In this document: piece by piece, positions 16,227-24,746 of the stretch
Numbering within the stretch: position 1 is the stretch's first letter
How the letters are laid out: each line of letters begins with the position of its first letter
DNA from: a virus
Lineage: Duplodnaviria; Caudoviricetes
Virus record (IMG/VR): IMGVR_UViG_3300025639_000012
Location: 1-33,393 of that record
Strand: one strand, 5' to 3'
DNA: 33,393 bases
Program-made: the position numbers and the translations under genes
The notes under the pieces: generated by a model
Databases searched by the model: none
Told to the model about the DNA's origin: nothing
The model's input: only the letters and a program-made list of their open reading frames with translations

Positions 16227-17051
16227 TTACTCAGCCCATTTCACTGATACGATACCGTTGCCATCTCTCGCAACTGCACCAGCTTTCATGATTCCGTTAC
16301 ATAACCAGGATGTTTTCTGTGCAACGTAATTAACTTCTGTTTTAGCATCCAAACCAATCGCCAAACCGACTGCTGATTTGTGATAACCAAAACCCTCACG
16401 AACAGATGATGCGATGTCTAAACCGCCCTCAGTGCGTGACTCGATGGTGTGGAATTTGAATCCCATGAACGTATCAATATCGCCTGACATCAATGCGCGA
16501 ACATTGTTGTAATCAGCGCTAGTGATCGTTGAATCGCTCAACATATCTTCCATACCAGCCGCAGAAGTTACGAAGTGACGATCACCTGATGGTACGCCTT
16601 TATCGTTTAACTCTTTGCCTGTTTGGATGATTTTAGCTAGTGTTAGGCCAGCAGAACCCGATGCGATTGAAGCGGCTGGTGTAGCTGCATCTAATGCGTC
16701 TAGGATAAGCTGATCTAGTCTACGACCCAATGCTCCAGCAATTGTTTGCGCTAACTCTTGACGCTCGTCAAAGTTAACTTCTGCTGAATCAAAGATGTCG
16801 GTGTACTCAGGTGCGTTCCAGTTTGATAGCGTACAGTTGATTAGACTGTGTGCTACGCCCATCGCAACAACATCTGCTGACGTTGCTTTCTGATTGGCAA
16901 GACCTTTGCCCATCGCTCTGAACTTGTAAATGTCGGCCACTACACCATTACGGACTGTAACGGTATCTCGAAGTGAACCTGATGATTGGAAAGCGTGTTT
17001 AACTTCGCTGTCGAATAACTGCTGCGCTGCTGCGCTTAATGATGCGGACAT
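16227..17051 (-). CDS. Major capsid protein
   Basis: F.SEVKHAFQ..GSLR.TV, ALGRR.DQLILDAL, G.IDTFMGFKF motifs; strong TAAGGA RBS; after scaffold. Confidence 0.92.
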   Translation of the reverse strand: MSASLSAAAQQLFDSEVKHAFQSSGSLRDTVTVRNGVVADIYKFRAMGKGLANQKATSADVVAMGVAHSLINCTLSNWNAPEYTDIFDSAEVNFDERQELAQTIAGALGRRLDQLILDALDAATPAASIASGSAGLTLAKIIQTGKELNDKGVPSGDRHFVTSAAGMEDMLSDSTITSADYNNVRALMSGDIDTFMGFKFHTIESRTEGGLDIASSVREGFGYHKSAVGLAIGLDAKTEVNYVAQKTSWLCNGIMKAGAVARDGNGIVSVKWAE

Positions 17052-17195
17052 TGTATTTCCTTATACTGCGTTAATATATAACTAGACTCCTGTCTAGCAA
17101 CTCGTTTTGGCAAGGGTATCCGGTTAAGGGCCTCAGTACCGCTTCAAGTTGGGCCATCGCTGTCCGCAATGGGTATCCAATTTTTAGCTGGATTG
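17052..17195 (-). promoter_or_regulatory. Structured 5' leader of capsid mRNA
   Basis: Hairpins at 17149-17180, 17112-17134 and 17082-17097; two copies of the same GG-AUAC-CC/GG-C-CC internal loop. Confidence 0.55.
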
Positions 17196-17201
17196 GGGTA
17201 T

Positions 17202-17212
17202 ATTATACCACA
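17202..17212 (-). promoter_or_regulatory. Extended -10 promoter TGTGGTATAAT upstream of capsid gene
   Basis: Perfect TGnTATAAT in intergenic gap; identical 11-mer at 20412-20422. Confidence 0.72.
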
Positions 17213-17218
17213 GTTTGC

Positions 17219-17941
17219 CTAGCCAAATAACTGCTGAAACTTCGCATCCACTTCCTTACGGAATGTCGGTGATTCTTGGTAACGCGGATCAGCAACCATT
17301 TCGTCTAATTTCTCCCTGGTTAACCCGGTGTTCGTCTGCGTCTTGGCACTGTCCACCATGACTGCGTTTTTGCTTTTAGTGATGAGTTCTTCGATCACCG
17401 CAACAGCCGTTGCCGAAGTCACCACGCCTTTAAGGTTCGCAAACCCCTCCGGTGACAGGTTCGCCTTACCGTATTTTTCAATAGCATCGAGTCGGTCAGC
17501 AGCCTGTGGGCCTAACAACTCCATCTCAGCAGTTTGTGCCTCTTGGAGATTACCCACCGTGTGCCGCAACCATCCTTGCGTTAACGAATCAAAAGCCGCT
17601 TGGCTCATGTTCTGCTCTTTGGCATAGTTCTTAATGAAATCTACACCGGGATCATGCTCATCAAACCATGATTGACCGTTGGGATTATCACCAAACTCTT
17701 CCGGTGAAGTCAGTGTGTATTCCTCTGGCGCCCCGGTGAAGCCACCAAAGCGCTTCGATAGTTCGTTATAACCTTTGGCTTGCTCTGCGACTGAATCATA
17801 TTTATCGCTGAACCACTCAGGTCGATCACCCTCGCCATTCACACCCTCTGACAAATACCATCCATCGTTGGCTGGCTCTGTAGGTGTTGATTCGGTAGTT
17901 TCTTCTGCTGCCCCATCCATAAGGCTTAATTCTTCTTCCAT
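17219..17941 (-). CDS. Capsid scaffolding protein
   Basis: Acidic; RPEW..DKY..V.EQAKGY.EL.KRFG..GAPEEY; C-terminal DPRY...FRKEV; between portal and capsid. Confidence 0.85.
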   Translation of the reverse strand: MEEELSLMDGAAEETTESTPTEPANDGWYLSEGVNGEGDRPEWFSDKYDSVAEQAKGYNELSKRFGGFTGAPEEYTLTSPEEFGDNPNGQSWFDEHDPGVDFIKNYAKEQNMSQAAFDSLTQGWLRHTVGNLQEAQTAEMELLGPQAADRLDAIEKYGKANLSPEGFANLKGVVTSATAVAVIEELITKSKNAVMVDSAKTQTNTGLTREKLDEMVADPRYQESPTFRKEVDAKFQQLFG

Positions 17942-17945
17942 GATG

Positions 17946-18188
17946 CTAACCCTCCTTGGCTATTCTCATCTGCTGTAAAATCTGTCGTACTAAATCGTTC
18001 TGCCCCTCACGGATGCCAGCACCGAACTGTGTGCTACCCGAATTGAGTACAGGCCGATCTAGTGTTATTGCTTTAAGCCGGTTCAATACGAACTCACCGG
18101 CATCAGTGCTGAAGCACTCCAGGAACCGAGAACTCACTTCCCGGCTCGCTTGCTCCATCTTATGTGCTTGCTCTTCTTCACTGGACAC
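17946..18188 (-). CDS. Small head-module protein (Bbp19-like)
   Basis: F.T.AG..VL..L....REGQ..LV..I pattern directly after portal. Confidence 0.75.
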   Translation of the reverse strand: MSSEEEQAHKMEQASREVSSRFLECFSTDAGEFVLNRLKAITLDRPVLNSGSTQFGAGIREGQNDLVRQILQQMRIAKEG

Positions 18189-19755
18189 TAGGCTGCTCCG
18201 CTTGAGCGACTTCTTGCTCCATACGATGTTCTTCCATCATCTGCTGTTGTTGCACCTGTTGAGCCATCGCTTGCTTATACGCCTCACGCTCTTGCTTGGT
18301 CCGTATCAGTTCGTTATCCACACCCAGTTTCTTAGCTATCCAGGGTAGGATTTCTTCCATGACGATACTGCCAGCCATCAGTTCATTGCCAAAGGCTGCA
18401 CCGGATTCCAATAAGGTTCGCAATGCGGCTAACTCATCTTGATCCTGTACTTTAGCTAGTGGCGATGTGTGTTTGATGGTGACGGCTCGGCCATCTATCT
18501 TGACCGGCTGAATCTCACCCTCTTCGATCAGAATATCGACTGAGCGCTTAATGATCTTTTCGATAAACTCAGTCTGTAACCGACTGAACGCTGCCCCTGA
18601 GTCTTGCATCAACTCCTGATTTCTAAGGCTCATCTCGGTAGCTGTTCGAACTGGTGCATCTACATCGCCAAACGGTTCAGCAAATAAGGCTCGATTGATA
18701 CCCTTACGCAACTCATCAATGCTGTGCTGCTCTAACTGTGGATTACCCGGCATCGGTAACGGTCTAAGCGTTGGATTGCTCGACTCATTGCTGCCCACAG
18801 GGATAATTGCACCTGGGGTAATTTGAACGGTAAAGGGGTTAATAACTCCATCGTCTGCGGCTGTATATACGCCAGCAGTCTGTAACCCAATGTTCTTAAT
18901 CTGCCACATCTTCTGCTGATTGAGCATCTTGATGTCAGATAAGACAGTCATGACTCGGCCCCGACCTAACACCTCACCGGGTCGAACTGACTCACGGAAT
19001 ACCACCCAAGGCGATACATTGAAATTCTGTGCATAAATAACGTGCTTATGTGCTTTCTCAATGCAGCACTGATAGTATTTCTCAGTCTTAGGATCGAATA
19101 TCGTTCCCTCAATAATGGAAACTTTAGTGTCAGGCTTGTCAGTCAGCAGTTGCTTACAATGTGCAGACAGATCAGCATCAGGCCATAAGCGCTCGATGTT
19201 ACGCACACTAACTTCATGCTCACGCCATACGGTATCTACCGTGCCGCGTGGACCCTCTTCCGGCACTAACTCACTCAATGGCACAGCATTGAAAGACAAC
19301 AGGCTGCTGTCGCTATCTGAACGCTCGATGGTCAATGCACCGGTGCTAATCGCTAAGTCAGTGAAAGCCTCATGAGCCTGTGATGCAAAGTTACTGTGAT
19401 TAAGATGATCGAATAGCTTTTCTGATACGGTGTCTAGGTACGCTTGTGCCTCATCCTGATTTTCCTCTGGAATATCACTACCCGGAACTAACTTGATCCA
19501 TTCGCGCCAAGGTGGAACCAACATCGCTTGCAGTCTTGATGCAAATCGTTGAACGCCCAACTCTGCTGTTGAGTCAACAATGTCAGGCTCACGCTTCTGC
19601 CCCACCGCTTGACCCGATAAGGTATCTCGCTTGGGTGCAGCGAACTTGTAGCAGTCACGCAGCAAGGAATCCCATCTGCCGCGCACTTCCTTGGCCGCAG
19701 CAAAGCGCTTAATGAGGTCTTCGACAGACCCTAAGTTCTCAGGTATTTTGTACAT
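18178..19755 (-). CDS. Portal / head-tail connector (T7 gp8-like)
   Basis: DSTA..G...FASRLQ..L.PP...W, SNF....HEAF.DL...TG, GE..GRG, RTATE, SPLA motifs. Confidence 0.93.
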   Translation of the reverse strand: MYKIPENLGSVEDLIKRFAAAKEVRGRWDSLLRDCYKFAAPKRDTLSGQAVGQKREPDIVDSTAELGVQRFASRLQAMLVPPWREWIKLVPGSDIPEENQDEAQAYLDTVSEKLFDHLNHSNFASQAHEAFTDLAISTGALTIERSDSDSSLLSFNAVPLSELVPEEGPRGTVDTVWREHEVSVRNIERLWPDADLSAHCKQLLTDKPDTKVSIIEGTIFDPKTEKYYQCCIEKAHKHVIYAQNFNVSPWVVFRESVRPGEVLGRGRVMTVLSDIKMLNQQKMWQIKNIGLQTAGVYTAADDGVINPFTVQITPGAIIPVGSNESSNPTLRPLPMPGNPQLEQHSIDELRKGINRALFAEPFGDVDAPVRTATEMSLRNQELMQDSGAAFSRLQTEFIEKIIKRSVDILIEEGEIQPVKIDGRAVTIKHTSPLAKVQDQDELAALRTLLESGAAFGNELMAGSIVMEEILPWIAKKLGVDNELIRTKQEREAYKQAMAQQVQQQQMMEEHRMEQEVAQAEQPSVQ

Positions 19756-19758
19756 GGT

Positions 19759-19962
19759 TTACCCCAACGTGCCAGATTTACCGATTCCTGTTTCTTCACC
19801 AGAGATTAAAGATGCTCGGCCTCTACGCTTACGCTTCAGCGCACTCTTTTTGGCTGCGACATCATGCTCTGTTTTCTCGTATTCTTCTTCCTGACGCTTC
19901 TCTGACTTCACTTGCGCTTCAGATTTAGGCGGTGCTGATGGTGGTTTTGGTGATGATCCCAT
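19759..19962 (-). CDS. Small virion-assembly protein upstream of portal
   Basis: MG.SPKPP..PP...RKRRGRASLI....G....TLG pattern; usual position in podoviruses. Confidence 0.75.
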   Translation of the reverse strand: MGSSPKPPSAPPKSEAQVKSEKRQEEEYEKTEHDVAAKKSALKRKRRGRASLISGEETGIGKSGTLG

Positions 19963-19966
19963 TTTT

Positions 19967-20413
19967 CTATCCTTGAATTGTGGTGTATTGAGGGGTGTTG
20001 ATGAGGTGATTGTATAACTGTCGAGGCGTAACCACGCCCCATGCCTTAATGCCTAGCAATGCTTTGACTTGCTCAACGCAATTAAAACAGGCTGGAACTA
20101 GATCACGCATTTGTAATCCATCTGCCCAGGTGTGAACAGAAAGTACCGCAGCAGCATCGGGAGCGATGTGCCGGGAGTCGGTGATGTCCATGATTTCGAT
20201 GTCGGTGTAGCCAATGTATGGCTTGAAAGCAATGAAGTGCTGCCCATCGAACTTAACGGCCCAGCAGTGTCGCATTTCTTGGTCGAACAGCCTTGTCCAC
20301 CAATGCTTGCAATGTCCTTTTTCAAAAACTATCCACCAATGCAAATGATCGCGCCCTCCCTCATCCATGAGAGAGTTGATAGGCGCTGAATTAACGTCCA
20401 TGTTGGCTAACAT
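19967..20413 (-). CDS. Conserved phage protein, possible permuted papain-like (NlpC/P60) fold; true start possibly 20401
   Basis: RHCWAV ... FNCVEQVKALLG ... TPRQLY, His before Cys. Confidence 0.55.
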   Translation of the reverse strand: MLANMDVNSAPINSLMDEGGRDHLHWWIVFEKGHCKHWWTRLFDQEMRHCWAVKFDGQHFIAFKPYIGYTDIEIMDITDSRHIAPDAAAVLSVHTWADGLQMRDLVPACFNCVEQVKALLGIKAWGVVTPRQLYNHLINTPQYTTIQG

Positions 20414-20422
20414 TATACCACA
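20412..20422 (-). promoter_or_regulatory. Extended -10 promoter TGTGGTATAAT upstream of portal operon
   Basis: Identical to 17202-17212; in gap after terL stop. Confidence 0.7.
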
Positions 20423-20429
20423 TTTAGGG

Positions 20430-21713
20430 TTATCCTAAAACTGCCCAATCTGTGGACGCTACGGCCGGCCTAGTCATGTGCTTGTTGACCTCCCGATGGT
20501 TAACGGCAAAGTATCTAAAGGCATCGGCATAATGGCTGGACCAATCATGCAATGGGTGTGACTTATAAGTGCCACGCCTTTCATCAAATTCTTTCCGGTA
20601 TCGCTTCAGAGCGCGTAAGCCGTCCATACAACCATCATCGGCAGAGTTGAACCAACAACGCGGAATAAGCTGCCTAGCAGCGTCTATGCCGTCCTGTACC
20701 CCTATGTTGGGCGTGACTCTGAACACCAACCCTAATGACCTTGCTGTTTCTAGTCTGCTCTTGCCTGTTGAATAGGATCGGACCCGAATATCATGCGGTG
20801 CAAAGTGAGCGCCAAAGGTAGCATGGTTCTTGTCGCGCCAATCGTAGACATAGTTGATATAGTGCTGGATGCCCTCGCCTGAGTTCTCATAGCTATGGAC
20901 CACCCTGATTTCTCGCCCAATGGTCTGAACAAAGAATATAGCAGTGCTGTCCGCAACACCAATATCCCAATACGTTGATACCGGAATACCCGGCTCCACT
21001 GCCATCGGTAATACCTGGTTAGCATTAACGTACTTGGCGTAATAGGAACCATCGCGGTTGGAAAGTACCTCACCCTCCCATACATGGTTGTACAGGTCGG
21101 TATTGATGGATTTCAGATAAACTCTTTCTTTCTCTAACTCCTCCGGGAAAAAAGGATTGTCTGAGTAGTTGACCTTAGTGACATAAGAGTCGTTCTGAGG
21201 ATTGACCACAAAGCGCTGGAACGTATCATCCAGTTCATCATTCGGGTTAAAGCTGACCCATATCTCTGACCCCGGTTGTCTTATCGTAGGGATTAATGTT
21301 TCCCAACTGCTCTGTGTTACGGCCTCGGCTTCTTCCACCCACACCCGGTGCAATCCCTCTAATGACTTCACCTTAGTGATGTTAGATTGTAGGCCCATGA
21401 ACAGGAACCGGCTGCCGTTCTTGCCAAGTATCTGCGTCTTCTGAATCTCAAAGCAATCAGCAACACCCAACCGCTCGATGGTGTCGGCTAGTAGCTGTAG
21501 CACTGAATCCTGTATTGATTTCTGAATCTCACGCGCACAAAGCACGCGGAACCCTGGAGTCTGCAATGCTTCCAATACTAGCAGCGTGGCAATGGTCCAT
21601 GACTTACCTGACCCACGACCACCATAAGCTATCTTGTACCGGTGTGGCTCCCCAAAACCTTTCCACTTAGGCGTTAGGTCAATCTTTAGGTGTTTCTGAT
21701 GAGTCGTGTTCAA
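20430..21713 (-). CDS. terL: Terminase large subunit, PBSX family
   Basis: Walker A YGGRGSGKS, CAREIQKSIQDSV, KSLEG...WVEEA, SFNP; nuclease WDIG..DSTAI, HDWSSHYADAFRY. Confidence 0.96.
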   Translation of the reverse strand: MNTTHQKHLKIDLTPKWKGFGEPHRYKIAYGGRGSGKSWTIATLLVLEALQTPGFRVLCAREIQKSIQDSVLQLLADTIERLGVADCFEIQKTQILGKNGSRFLFMGLQSNITKVKSLEGLHRVWVEEAEAVTQSSWETLIPTIRQPGSEIWVSFNPNDELDDTFQRFVVNPQNDSYVTKVNYSDNPFFPEELEKERVYLKSINTDLYNHVWEGEVLSNRDGSYYAKYVNANQVLPMAVEPGIPVSTYWDIGVADSTAIFFVQTIGREIRVVHSYENSGEGIQHYINYVYDWRDKNHATFGAHFAPHDIRVRSYSTGKSRLETARSLGLVFRVTPNIGVQDGIDAARQLIPRCWFNSADDGCMDGLRALKRYRKEFDERRGTYKSHPLHDWSSHYADAFRYFAVNHREVNKHMTRPAVASTDWAVLG

Positions 21714-22029
21714 TCACACTTCCTTGTGCTATGGGTTTCGGGTCTTCCGTGAAATTAATCGTGATACCTGTCGGCATAAATGAGCCATCAGTCGTATGCT
21801 CCACTGACTTACGTTTAGGGTAGATATACTGCGCTAACTCTTTGGCCATATTCCCGGCAAGGGTGTAATCCTTTTCTGTCATCGCCACTTCACCGATCTC
21901 GATCATTGCTCTGATCGGATCATACCCCGATGCCTCAATCTTATCCTTGACCTCTGACCTGATCTTATCGGGCGTACCTTTCTTGCGACCACTACCTGGG
22001 GGTTTCTTGCCACCTGGCTTAAATACCAT
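21679..22029 (-). CDS. terS: Terminase small subunit
   Basis: F.PG.K..GSGRKKGTP.K and AKELAQY.YPKRKSVE motifs; overlaps terL start. Confidence 0.8.
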   Translation of the reverse strand: MVFKPGGKKPPGSGRKKGTPDKIRSEVKDKIEASGYDPIRAMIEIGEVAMTEKDYTLAGNMAKELAQYIYPKRKSVEHTTDGSFMPTGITINFTEDPKPIAQGSVIEHDSSETPKD

Positions 22030-22154
22030 ACTAACCCCTTGCTAACGTAGCATCCATACCACTTGCCGCACAATTGCATGAGGCAGCATGACAGCCATGA
22101 TGAACAATGTCCTTACGGTCATCTTCAAACTCAATCCGTGCCTCTCCTTGAATT

Positions 22155-22367
22155 TCATCGCTGATGCCTAATCTCTACGCCATCGTACAGGTCATAGATG
22201 CGACCACACTTATCTAACGCCACACATTGCCGATGCTTTCGTGAATAAAAAGTAACTAACCCGGCACCGCACCAGCACTTATTTTCCTCGCGGTTCTTAT
22301 AACCAACCCCTTTATGCTCATAAATCTCTGCTGATGGATTGATCCACCTGTTCAGCCATTCAATCAT
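22155..22367 (-). CDS. Hypothetical protein with Cys motifs (possible Zn ribbon)
   Basis: CWCG...C....C; coupled to upstream gene. Confidence 0.6.
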   Translation of the reverse strand: MIEWLNRWINPSAEIYEHKGVGYKNREENKCWCGAGLVTFYSRKHRQCVALDKCGRIYDLYDGVEIRHQR

Positions 22368-22653
22368 TTTTCACTATTTCCTTTCTGTTGTAGTTGCCAT
22401 AAGTTAGATTCTTTTCTTCCATGTATTTAATCATCCGATCTAAATACCAACGTGCTTTTTTGAGCGACTCTAACCCACCCTTAAACCGATAGCGTAAGCA
22501 ATACTTCAACACATTCGCCAAGCACATAGCTTCCTTGGGATCGTTGATCGGCTCAATCGCACTCTCAATCACATCAATTACCTCAAGACCACCGGCCATC
22601 TGATAATGCTCTGGATGATTTACGTTGTCATAACTGATTTCTTCACTCATCAT
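22360..22653 (-). CDS. DUF3310 family protein (SaV / T7 gp1.7-like); start re-placed behind GAGGTG RBS
   Basis: DNVNHPEHY..G.EVIDVI...NVLKY..RY..KGG.ESLKKARWYL. Confidence 0.88.
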   Translation of the reverse strand: MMSEEISYDNVNHPEHYQMAGGLEVIDVIESAIEPINDPKEAMCLANVLKYCLRYRFKGGLESLKKARWYLDRMIKYMEEKNLTYGNYNRKEIVKND

Positions 22654-22930
22654 CGACCCACACCTCTTTTGCTCCTCGCTTTTCGCGCATCGCATTTATG
22701 GTCAAAGAACTATTCCAATATTTTGAACTCTCTGCCATATCATCAACTGCTCTACACGCTCTTATAGATAAATCGGCCATCAACATTAACTGCTCAGGAC
22801 TGTCGTCACCCATGCACAAAGGCAATGTGTCATTTCCAGCGCTAATTATGTCAGCAGCAAGCAACTGAGCCATATACCTATCAATTCTGGAAGTATCTGA
22901 CACTTCCCTATATTTCTTTTCATCACTCAT
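22643..22930 (-). CDS. Hypothetical protein
   Basis: Open frame with ATGA overlap to upstream ORF and GAGGGG RBS. Confidence 0.6.
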   Translation of the reverse strand: MSDEKKYREVSDTSRIDRYMAQLLAADIISAGNDTLPLCMGDDSPEQLMLMADLSIRACRAVDDMAESSKYWNSSLTINAMREKRGAKEVWVDDE

Positions 22931-23049
22931 TCCCAATCAACCCCCTCAAAAAAAGTACCATCAATAATCTGAATCACGGCTACCGCTCCCCCTAACAAAA
23001 CTAACCAGGGCAAAAGCAATAGCGCCACACATACCCGAATCACTGTCAT
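22927..23049 (-). CDS. 40-aa predicted membrane peptide (not in ORF track)
   Basis: MTVIRVCVALLLLPWLVLLGGAVAVIQIIDGTFFEGVDWE; ATGA overlaps at both ends fill the gap exactly. Confidence 0.6.
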   Translation of the reverse strand: MTVIRVCVALLLLPWLVLLGGAVAVIQIIDGTFFEGVDWE

Positions 23050-23390
23050 ATAATTTTTATGCTCCCCACTTCGCTCCAAAACTTCTGTGAATGAATGTCA
23101 TAAATGTGGCAATCCTCTTTCAGCGTTGCATCCATAACAGCTTTCAATAAGTTATCCACATCAGGTTTCTGCTGATGCCCTTTCCCCAGCATCAATGCTT
23201 TCTTCTTCTTGGACCAACTCTTTGGCATCGGTAAGTAAAAGATTACTGTTGAGCCATTAACGATTTCCATCCCCTGTTCCCGGCACTCATCCGCAAAGGC
23301 TCTATAGCGCATCACGCATGGGCGCTTACGCCACCGATCAGCCTGTGTCTGCCGAGGCTTAGACACTGGTGAAATCAAATATTCAGTCAT
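23046..23390 (-). CDS. rusA: RusA-family Holliday junction resolvase
   Basis: P.SKPR, FYLPMPKSWSKKKK, KPDVDNLLKAVMDA...ED motifs. Confidence 0.88.
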   Translation of the reverse strand: MTEYLISPVSKPRQTQADRWRKRPCVMRYRAFADECREQGMEIVNGSTVIFYLPMPKSWSKKKKALMLGKGHQQKPDVDNLLKAVMDATLKEDCHIYDIHSQKFWSEVGSIKII

Positions 23391-23544
23391 CAACCGGCAT
23401 CGCATACCCACAATGTTTGGCCACTTCACGCACTCTTTTCTGTAAGGCTGCCATCTGCTTTTCCATCAACTCACTTTGCTCAATGAGCGTTTCAATCAAC
23501 TCAGCGACCTTTTTGTCGGCCTCTTTTATCCTTGTTGCCATCAT
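23383..23544 (-). CDS. 53-aa coiled-coil protein (not in ORF track)
   Basis: MMATRIKEADKKVAELIETLIEQSELMEKQMAALQKRVREVAKHCGYAMPVDD; GGAGA RBS; fills operon gap. Confidence 0.55.
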   Translation of the reverse strand: MMATRIKEADKKVAELIETLIEQSELMEKQMAALQKRVREVAKHCGYAMPVDD

Positions 23545-23719
23545 ATCTCCATGTATCAAAATATCCTTTTGGTGTAACCAGCATTACCCTAGCTAAACCG
23601 TATCTTTCTTTTACCGCACTCACTAGCTTGTGCGCTCCATCATCTAACTGATCCCAAGCCTCACGCTTCTGTATTGCCGTCTTGCCTTTAACGGCATCAC
23701 GCCAGCAGTTGGTCATCAA
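23501..23719 (-). CDS. Hypothetical protein
   Basis: Open frame overlapping MTase end, same strand as operon. Confidence 0.5.
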   Translation of the reverse strand: MMTNCWRDAVKGKTAIQKREAWDQLDDGAHKLVSAVKERYGLARVMLVTPKGYFDTWRYDGNKDKRGRQKGR

Positions 23720-24746
23720 TCACATCCATTGTTGCCCTAATAAATTCCTCGGCCACTGGTGCTACGATTGCATTGCCGTAGCCTTTGAGCCGGATAGTCC
23801 TCGCTTCAGCGCTTGCGTTTGGCGTAATGACTGAATCGCTGCTATACACCACGCCTCGGGCAATCCCATCAACCAACGGCTTAATGCCGGATTTAATTGG
23901 CCGGTACTTTTCATCTCGGCAGTAGAGCCAATCAATCCCACTTGCTGAGTCAATGGAATCCCTGTGTCCTGTGGTCTGGGTGGTTTCACCCCCCTCTTTG
24001 CATCCGTCACTGTCGGAGTTACCCACCCGGCTATGCTCGCTATTGCCCCGATGCCGTTCTGCCTGCCCTCCCGGTAACGATTGCAATCCTTGTTTGCATT
24101 GTTCGCCATTGGAGTTGGCCACCCTGTCAGAAATGCCTGTGTCGAGGTTGAGTCGTTCCTGATTCTGCCTGTCGGACTCCCGAATATATAATTCTCCAGG
24201 TTCCCTGTGTTCTTGTAATCTCGCGTTGTCGGTGTTGCCCATCCGACATTGGGCAACCCAGTAGATGCGTTTGCGGATGTGCGGCTTGCCGATGCTGTGT
24301 GCGCCCAGTATGCAATGCCCAACGGTGTAGTTTTCTCTTTCCATGACTGTTTGTAAATCATCGAGCCATTCGTGCCTAATCGCGCTTTCAACCTGTTCAC
24401 CAAAGATAGTGTGAAAGTTGCACTGTCCGACCAATTCGAGGAAGTGGGGGAGTAAGTGGCGATCATCTGATTTTCCTCTTTGATTTCCGGCTGCCGAGAA
24501 TGGTTGACACGGCAATGAAGCAGTTGCGACAGGTCGATCTTCGCCCCATCCGGCATTTCTAAGTGCGTAACTCCAGACTCCAACTCCGGCAAAAAAGTGG
24601 TGTTGAGTAAATCCCTCAAGGTCTGAGGCTTCGACTTCGATGATGCTTCTTTCGTCAACAGTTCCATCCGCAATATCTCCATTAATTATTAGTTGTCGTA
24701 GCCATGCTGCGGCCTTGGGGTCAAACTCGTTGTAGTAAGCTGTCAA
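23697..24746 (-). CDS. DNA (cytosine-5) methyltransferase, catalytic polypeptide
   Basis: Motif I FFAGVG, IV PCQPFS, VI EQV, VIII PH.RKRIYWVA, X LKGYGNAIV; motif IX not seen in this frame. Confidence 0.9.
   Translation of the reverse strand: MTAYYNEFDPKAAAWLRQLIINGDIADGTVDERSIIEVEASDLEGFTQHHFFAGVGVWSYALRNAGWGEDRPVATASLPCQPFSAAGNQRGKSDDRHLLPHFLELVGQCNFHTIFGEQVESAIRHEWLDDLQTVMERENYTVGHCILGAHSIGKPHIRKRIYWVAQCRMGNTDNARLQEHREPGELYIRESDRQNQERLNLDTGISDRVANSNGEQCKQGLQSLPGGQAERHRGNSEHSRVGNSDSDGCKEGGETTQTTGHRDSIDSASGIDWLYCRDEKYRPIKSGIKPLVDGIARGVVYSSDSVITPNASAEARTIRLKGYGNAIVAPVAEEFIRATMDVIDDQLLA
23762..24682 (-). CDS. Nested alternative-frame polypeptide of the methyltransferase (beta-subunit-like; start possibly 24667)
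   Basis: 306 open codons inside MTase gene; three GW.TP repeats; GQLNPALSRWLMGLP = motif IX-like. Confidence 0.7.
   Translation of the reverse strand: MEILRMELLTKEASSKSKPQTLRDLLNTTFLPELESGVTHLEMPDGAKIDLSQLLHCRVNHSRQPEIKEENQMIATYSPTSSNWSDSATFTLSLVNRLKARLGTNGSMIYKQSWKEKTTPLGIAYWAHTASASRTSANASTGLPNVGWATPTTRDYKNTGNLENYIFGSPTGRIRNDSTSTQAFLTGWPTPMANNANKDCNRYREGRQNGIGAIASIAGWVTPTVTDAKRGVKPPRPQDTGIPLTQQVGLIGSTAEMKSTGQLNPALSRWLMGLPEAWCIAAIQSLRQTQALKRGLSGSKATAMQS

Noticed and set aside
6200-21444. Numerous plus-strand ORFs antisense to structural genes (e.g. 6200-6772, 9273-9602, 17956-18348)
   Set aside because: Antisense to well-supported genes, with no recognisable motifs; expected from codon bias
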